This document shows positions 36,607 through 40,725 of a stretch of DNA of 40,725 nt, in pieces. Source of the stretch: Candidatus Magasanikiibacteriota bacterium (GTDB taxonomy: Bacteria; Patescibacteriota; Patescibacteriia; Magasanikbacterales; 2-02-FULL-50-9b); NCBI GenBank assembly GCA_943349075.1, contig CALQYY010000003.1, forward strand, positions 1 to 40,725. The letters run 5' to 3'. The notes beneath the pieces were generated by a model. The model was not told the origin of the DNA, searched no databases, and saw nothing but the letters and a program-made list of their open reading frames with translations. A program made the position numbers and the translations under genes. Position 1 is the stretch's first letter; each line of letters opens with the position of its first letter.

Positions 36607-38966
36607 AAATAAACACAACCGGTATGAACAAAATTAACACAAACAAAAGAACTCTTCGTTTAGATTTTGGTTATATCGTACTGAGCGTTTTTTCATTTAT
36701 CATTTTTTCGGCCATCCCTTCAATCGCAGCAGCTGAAATACTCCCTGGCCAACCGCTTGGTGCTTGTAAGACAGGACTTTTAACAATCTCTTGCCCAGGC
36801 GAACAAGATTGTTGGGATATAAAATCTTTCAAAACAAGCAACGTAATAGCCCCTCCAACGGAAACCATGTGCTTGCCTCGAGCTAACTACCCTTTTTGCA
36901 CAAAATTTGATGACACTTTGTGTGAGAATAGCAGCGGTGGAACGGATCAATGTGTTGCTGTAAGTTCAGTTGCAGATCCGACACTTTACGGAATGACCTG
37001 TCTTTCAAAAAACCTTGTTCCACAAGAAAAAACATCAGTCGATGCGAATTGTGGAACCTGCGGTCTTTACCAGCAGTGCGTATATGTTATCCCGAACAAC
37101 ACAGATGTTTGGCCAAAAAAACGATGCATAAACAAAGATTCGCTCCCTCCTGCTGTAATTGAAGCAGATGGAACATGCCAAACAAATGCATCATGTGCGG
37201 CAGATGAAATGTGTATTTTCAATACATTTGAGCCGCAAAAATACGGTTTCAGCTGTGTTAAAAAAGCGTTTATTACAGAATCACCGAGCTGCCCTGCTGC
37301 AAGTAAGAACGAGCTTTACAACATCAAGGCTGGGATATCGTGTGGCAATCCAGGCGAAACAAAAACATGCGTGTACGCGATTCCTGGATACAAAGGTCCG
37401 AAACCATTTACCGTTGGGTATCGCTGCGTCGACTTCTCAAAAATTGCAGGCGGTCAAAACGCTCCATCAGCTGAAACATGCACAAACGATGCTGACTGTA
37501 CGGTCAAAAATCCAGAAAACCCCTACTGCATTGCAAATCCTGTAACGAAAAAAAGCCAGTGCTTCAGTCAGTCAGCAATTTTTACAGACATGAAAACAAT
37601 TGCTTCTGCTACCCCACAATGTGGTACAGGAGTAAACGCAAAAGATTGCAAATGCCCTGCGTCTGAAATTCCAAAATGTGCGCCCGGCAATGATGCGGCA
37701 AATTCAATATGCGCAACATATGTAGGTGATGGAAAAATTTTTGGACAAATCGCCTGCATCAACAGTGGAAACTTGGGCTCAGGAGGTGCAACAATTACAT
37801 ACAGTGACACAAAGCAGAATATTCAAAAGCAGACATACACCACGTTTGCACCAAAAATCCAAGTCGATATTCCCGGCCTTACTTTTGATGGGACCGTTGA
37901 AGCGACAGACAATGCCTCAGGTCAAAAAAACTTTTCATTGCCTTACATTGCAACCTACATCAACGCTGTGTATAAATATGCAATCGGCCTCGGAACACTC
38001 TTTGCAATTATCACCATCATGTATGGTGGTTTGCGATGGATGACGTCGTTTGGAAACACAAAAGCTGTAAGCGAAGCAAAAGGCGCGATCGGAAATGCTG
38101 TTGGAGGCCTTGTCTTACTTGTTGGTGTTTACACAATTCTCACAATCATCAACCCAGGAATGACGAACCTGAAAAACATTGAGATAATGGCACCAAAACA
38201 AGAAGAGTTTCAGATGGCTGAACCGGACGAACCTGATGAAAACGTCGCAACTGTTGACGCGTCTGGAGCTCCAATTCCTGGAAGCACAAAAAAAATCCGT
38301 CTGTGCAACTCGTTTGATAGCTGTCAAAAACTATGCACAGCCGGTGGTGTAAATGTTTCTGCAATGAATGCTGCGATTCAAGCAAGTGGACTCACACCGC
38401 CGAACAATTTGATTGATCCGCGCACAGCGCTGTCTACCTATTTTAGCAATTGTGCAAGCGGCACAAACCCCGACACAAAATACACGAACTGCGGCGTTGT
38501 TTTCCGAGGTGACGACAAAGAGACCCGTGTTCTACCTTCAGTTGTTAAGGGAATTGCAGATGCTGCAAAAATCGCAAACGAAGCGGGATATGTTTTGAGC
38601 ATTGGCTCATCGTATCGCTCCCCTGAAAAACAGGTTGCAAAAGTCTGTACAAAAATGACAAAAATTCCAGCAGGGACATCTCCGTGCGGCCCAGAACTTG
38701 CATGTCCTGGAGGCAGTAATCACGGAAACGGGTTTGCAATCGATGTTTGTCTTGCAAAAAAAGATGCTCCAACAAAATGTCTAACCCCACCAACGGGTTC
38801 AGCAGATACGTGCGCAAATAATACACAAAAAGTTCTTGCGAGTACCGAACTTAAAATTCTTAACGACACACTTTTTAAGGCTGGTTGGTATAAATATTGC
38901 AAAGAACTCTGGCACTTTGAATACACCTCACAACCTGTTGATGGTTTCCGGACAAAATCGTATTGA
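36603..38966 (+). CDS. Cys-rich exported domain + VirB2/TrbC-like pilin TM hairpin + M15 (VanY-like) D,D-peptidase
   Basis: Same pilin module (YGGLRWM..AK..INP); SSYRS, SNHGNGFAID, ELWHFEY. Confidence 0.85.
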   Translation: MKINTTGMNKINTNKRTLRLDFGYIVLSVFSFIIFSAIPSIAAAEILPGQPLGACKTGLLTISCPGEQDCWDIKSFKTSNVIAPPTETMCLPRANYPFCTKFDDTLCENSSGGTDQCVAVSSVADPTLYGMTCLSKNLVPQEKTSVDANCGTCGLYQQCVYVIPNNTDVWPKKRCINKDSLPPAVIEADGTCQTNASCAADEMCIFNTFEPQKYGFSCVKKAFITESPSCPAASKNELYNIKAGISCGNPGETKTCVYAIPGYKGPKPFTVGYRCVDFSKIAGGQNAPSAETCTNDADCTVKNPENPYCIANPVTKKSQCFSQSAIFTDMKTIASATPQCGTGVNAKDCKCPASEIPKCAPGNDAANSICATYVGDGKIFGQIACINSGNLGSGGATITYSDTKQNIQKQTYTTFAPKIQVDIPGLTFDGTVEATDNASGQKNFSLPYIATYINAVYKYAIGLGTLFAIITIMYGGLRWMTSFGNTKAVSEAKGAIGNAVGGLVLLVGVYTILTIINPGMTNLKNIEIMAPKQEEFQMAEPDEPDENVATVDASGAPIPGSTKKIRLCNSFDSCQKLCTAGGVNVSAMNAAIQASGLTPPNNLIDPRTALSTYFSNCASGTNPDTKYTNCGVVFRGDDKETRVLPSVVKGIADAAKIANEAGYVLSIGSSYRSPEKQVAKVCTKMTKIPAGTSPCGPELACPGGSNHGNGFAIDVCLAKKDAPTKCLTPPTGSADTCANNTQKVLASTELKILNDTLFKAGWYKYCKELWHFEYTSQPVDGFRTKSY

Positions 38967-38991
38967 CAAAACATACGCTGACGCATAGAGT
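38963..38991 (+). promoter_or_regulatory. radA promoter (leaderless geometry)
   Basis: TTGACA-17-TAGAGT, ending 8 nt before ATG 39000. Confidence 0.6.
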
Positions 38992-38999
38992 CTATTTAT

Positions 39000-40340
39000 A
39001 TGTTTCTTTGCTCAGCCTGTAATTCAAAATCTCAAAAATGGTCTGGAAAGTGTCTCTCCTGTAGCGCATGGAGCACGCTTTCTGAAATTCCTGACGAACC
39101 CAAAAAGAAATCGGGAGGATCTTCAGGACGCGCAGCTGTGCACGCTGAAACAATTGTTTTAAATAATCACGCAGCAACAGCCGTTGCACACAAACGCCTC
39201 TCAACGGGCGCTGCGGTTGTTGATGAAATTTTGGGCGGTGGAATCGTCCCCGGATCGCTCATCTTGCTCGCGGGCGAGCCTGGAATCGGAAAATCAACGA
39301 TCGTCATGCAGTTTGCTGTCGCAGCACGCGGCGTTTTATATATATCGGGAGAAGAATCGGCCGACCAGGTCGGTCTGCGTTTGAAACGCCTCGACAAAGA
39401 AAAAAAATCTAACGTCTCTTTTGTTGGAACGACCGATTTTGAAACCGTCGACGCTGCAATTCGAACACAAAAACCAACGCTCGCCATCATCGACTCCGTC
39501 CAAACCATGCGCCACCCCGATGTCGCAGGCGAACCGGGCGGCGTTGCGCAGGTGCGCGCAATTGCGAATGCTTTGATGGAGCTTGCAAATCAAACAGGCG
39601 TTCCCGTCATTTTGATCGGACACGTAACAAAAGACGGCTCCGTTGCAGGACCGAAAACACTCGAGCATTTAGTTGACGTTGTTCTCTCGCTTGAAGGAGA
39701 ACGAACAGACAGACTTCGCTTCCTTCGGTGCTTCAAAAACCGATTTGGCCCAACTGACGAAGTCGCCGTTCTTGAGATGCTCGAAAGCGGTTTGCAGCCC
39801 GTAGCAGACCCGTCAGGGCTCTTGCTTGAAGAACGTTCACTTCCTGTCCCGGGAACCGTTGTGACGTGTCTCATGGACGGAAATCGTCCGCTTCTCGTTG
39901 AAATTCAAGCGCTCACCACAAAAACAACATTCGGATTCCCCCAGCGCCGCGCGCAAGGCGTTGATTCAGCGCGTCTTCAGATACTTCTCGCAGTTTTAGG
40001 GCGCCGCATGGGGCTTCCTGTCGATCAATATGACGTGTTTGTAAACGTCGTCGGCGGCATCTCCGCAGACGAACCCGCTGCCGACCTCGCAATTTGCATG
40101 GCAATCGCATCCTCAATTTCCGAAAAAACAATTCCACAAACCGTAACTGCTTTTGGCGAAGTCGGTCTTTCGGGTGAAATTCGCCGCGTCAAAAATTCCG
40201 ACAAACGCCTCAAAGAAGCTGAGCGTCAGGGATTCAAATTCGCACTCGTTCCAACGGCAAAAAATATGCCTCAAATGAAAACATTAAAGTTGGCACCAAT
40301 CGCCGACATTCGTTCTGTTCTCGAAAAAATCGACAAATAA
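39000..40340 (+). CDS. radA: DNA repair protein RadA/Sms
   Basis: C4 zinc finger, GEPGIGKST, KNRFG, Lon-like C-terminus (GEVGLSGEIR). Confidence 0.98.
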   Translation: MFLCSACNSKSQKWSGKCLSCSAWSTLSEIPDEPKKKSGGSSGRAAVHAETIVLNNHAATAVAHKRLSTGAAVVDEILGGGIVPGSLILLAGEPGIGKSTIVMQFAVAARGVLYISGEESADQVGLRLKRLDKEKKSNVSFVGTTDFETVDAAIRTQKPTLAIIDSVQTMRHPDVAGEPGGVAQVRAIANALMELANQTGVPVILIGHVTKDGSVAGPKTLEHLVDVVLSLEGERTDRLRFLRCFKNRFGPTDEVAVLEMLESGLQPVADPSGLLLEERSLPVPGTVVTCLMDGNRPLLVEIQALTTKTTFGFPQRRAQGVDSARLQILLAVLGRRMGLPVDQYDVFVNVVGGISADEPAADLAICMAIASSISEKTIPQTVTAFGEVGLSGEIRRVKNSDKRLKEAERQGFKFALVPTAKNMPQMKTLKLAPIADIRSVLEKIDK

Positions 40341-40341
40341 C

Positions 40342-40725
40342 TTATTCTCGATGGAGTTCCATTTCAAAACGCTCAAGTTGTTTTTTGAGTAGCGGATATT
40401 TTTCGAGCAATGCTGAATCACCAACGATTTTTTCAGCAGAATCTTTTGCGTATTCCCAAATATCGAGTGAAATTTCACGCAAAAATTCAATATCAGAAAA
40501 ACCAGATTGCACCGTTCCCCACATATCGCCTGCACCACGCATTTCAAGATCTTTTTCCGCAAGCACAAAACCGTCGGTTGTTTTTGTCATCAGCTCCAGC
40601 CGTTTTTTTGCCGTTTCACCTTGCGTTTTCGAAAACAAAAAACAATACGACTGCTGACTTCCGCGCCCAACGCGCCCACGAAACTGATGCAGCTGCGCGA
40701 GCCCGAATCGCTCCGCACCCTCGAT
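40342..40725 (-). CDS. recG: ATP-dependent DNA helicase RecG, C-terminal part (runs off the window)
   Basis: Minus strand AERFGLAQLHQFRGRVGRG, DGFVLAEKDLEMRGAG, QSG. Confidence 0.96.
   Translation of the reverse strand: MEGAERFGLAQLHQFRGRVGRGSQQSYCFLFSKTQGETAKKRLELMTKTTDGFVLAEKDLEMRGAGDMWGTVQSGFSDIEFLREISLDIWEYAKDSAEKIVGDSALLEKYPLLKKQLERFEMELHRE

Overview
A 40.7 kb chromosomal window, most likely from a Patescibacteria/CPR bacterium (Parcubacteria/ABY1-like). This assignment is inferred from mostly SD-less or leaderless core genes, VirB2/TrbC-like pilin fusion proteins and G(A/G)GC signal peptides; TGA is used as a stop (code 11). Housekeeping backbone: probable infB start (partial), nrnA, clpP, VanW-family, Hsp20, ZnuA-like, VKOR, tRNA-Glu, HU, DEDDh exonuclease, pheT/pheS, class Ia nrdB-nrdA, gpsA, tsaD, dnaE, rseP, PMM/PGM, LemA-like, clpC, radA and partial recG. 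Accessory or unusual elements: (1) a tandem array anchored at tRNA-Glu, holding two apparently unrelated lipoprotein genes that share a 45-bp promoter/leader/signal-start block and a 65-bp downstream module containing an inverted copy of the tRNA 3' end, with a G9 tract in one promoter spacer; (2) two GC-rich, SD-led, Myxococcota-like Cys-rich repeat lipoprotein genes; (3) two paralogous Cys-rich/pilin fusions with different peptidoglycan hydrolase tips, next to dsbA and a beta-propeller gene; (4) a promoter-flanked ~120-nt hairpin ncRNA candidate (6S-like); (5) interleaved NrdR and DnaA boxes upstream of nrdBA. No CRISPR array, integrase, transposase or reverse transcriptase is visible. All calls come from reading motifs by eye; no database searches were run.
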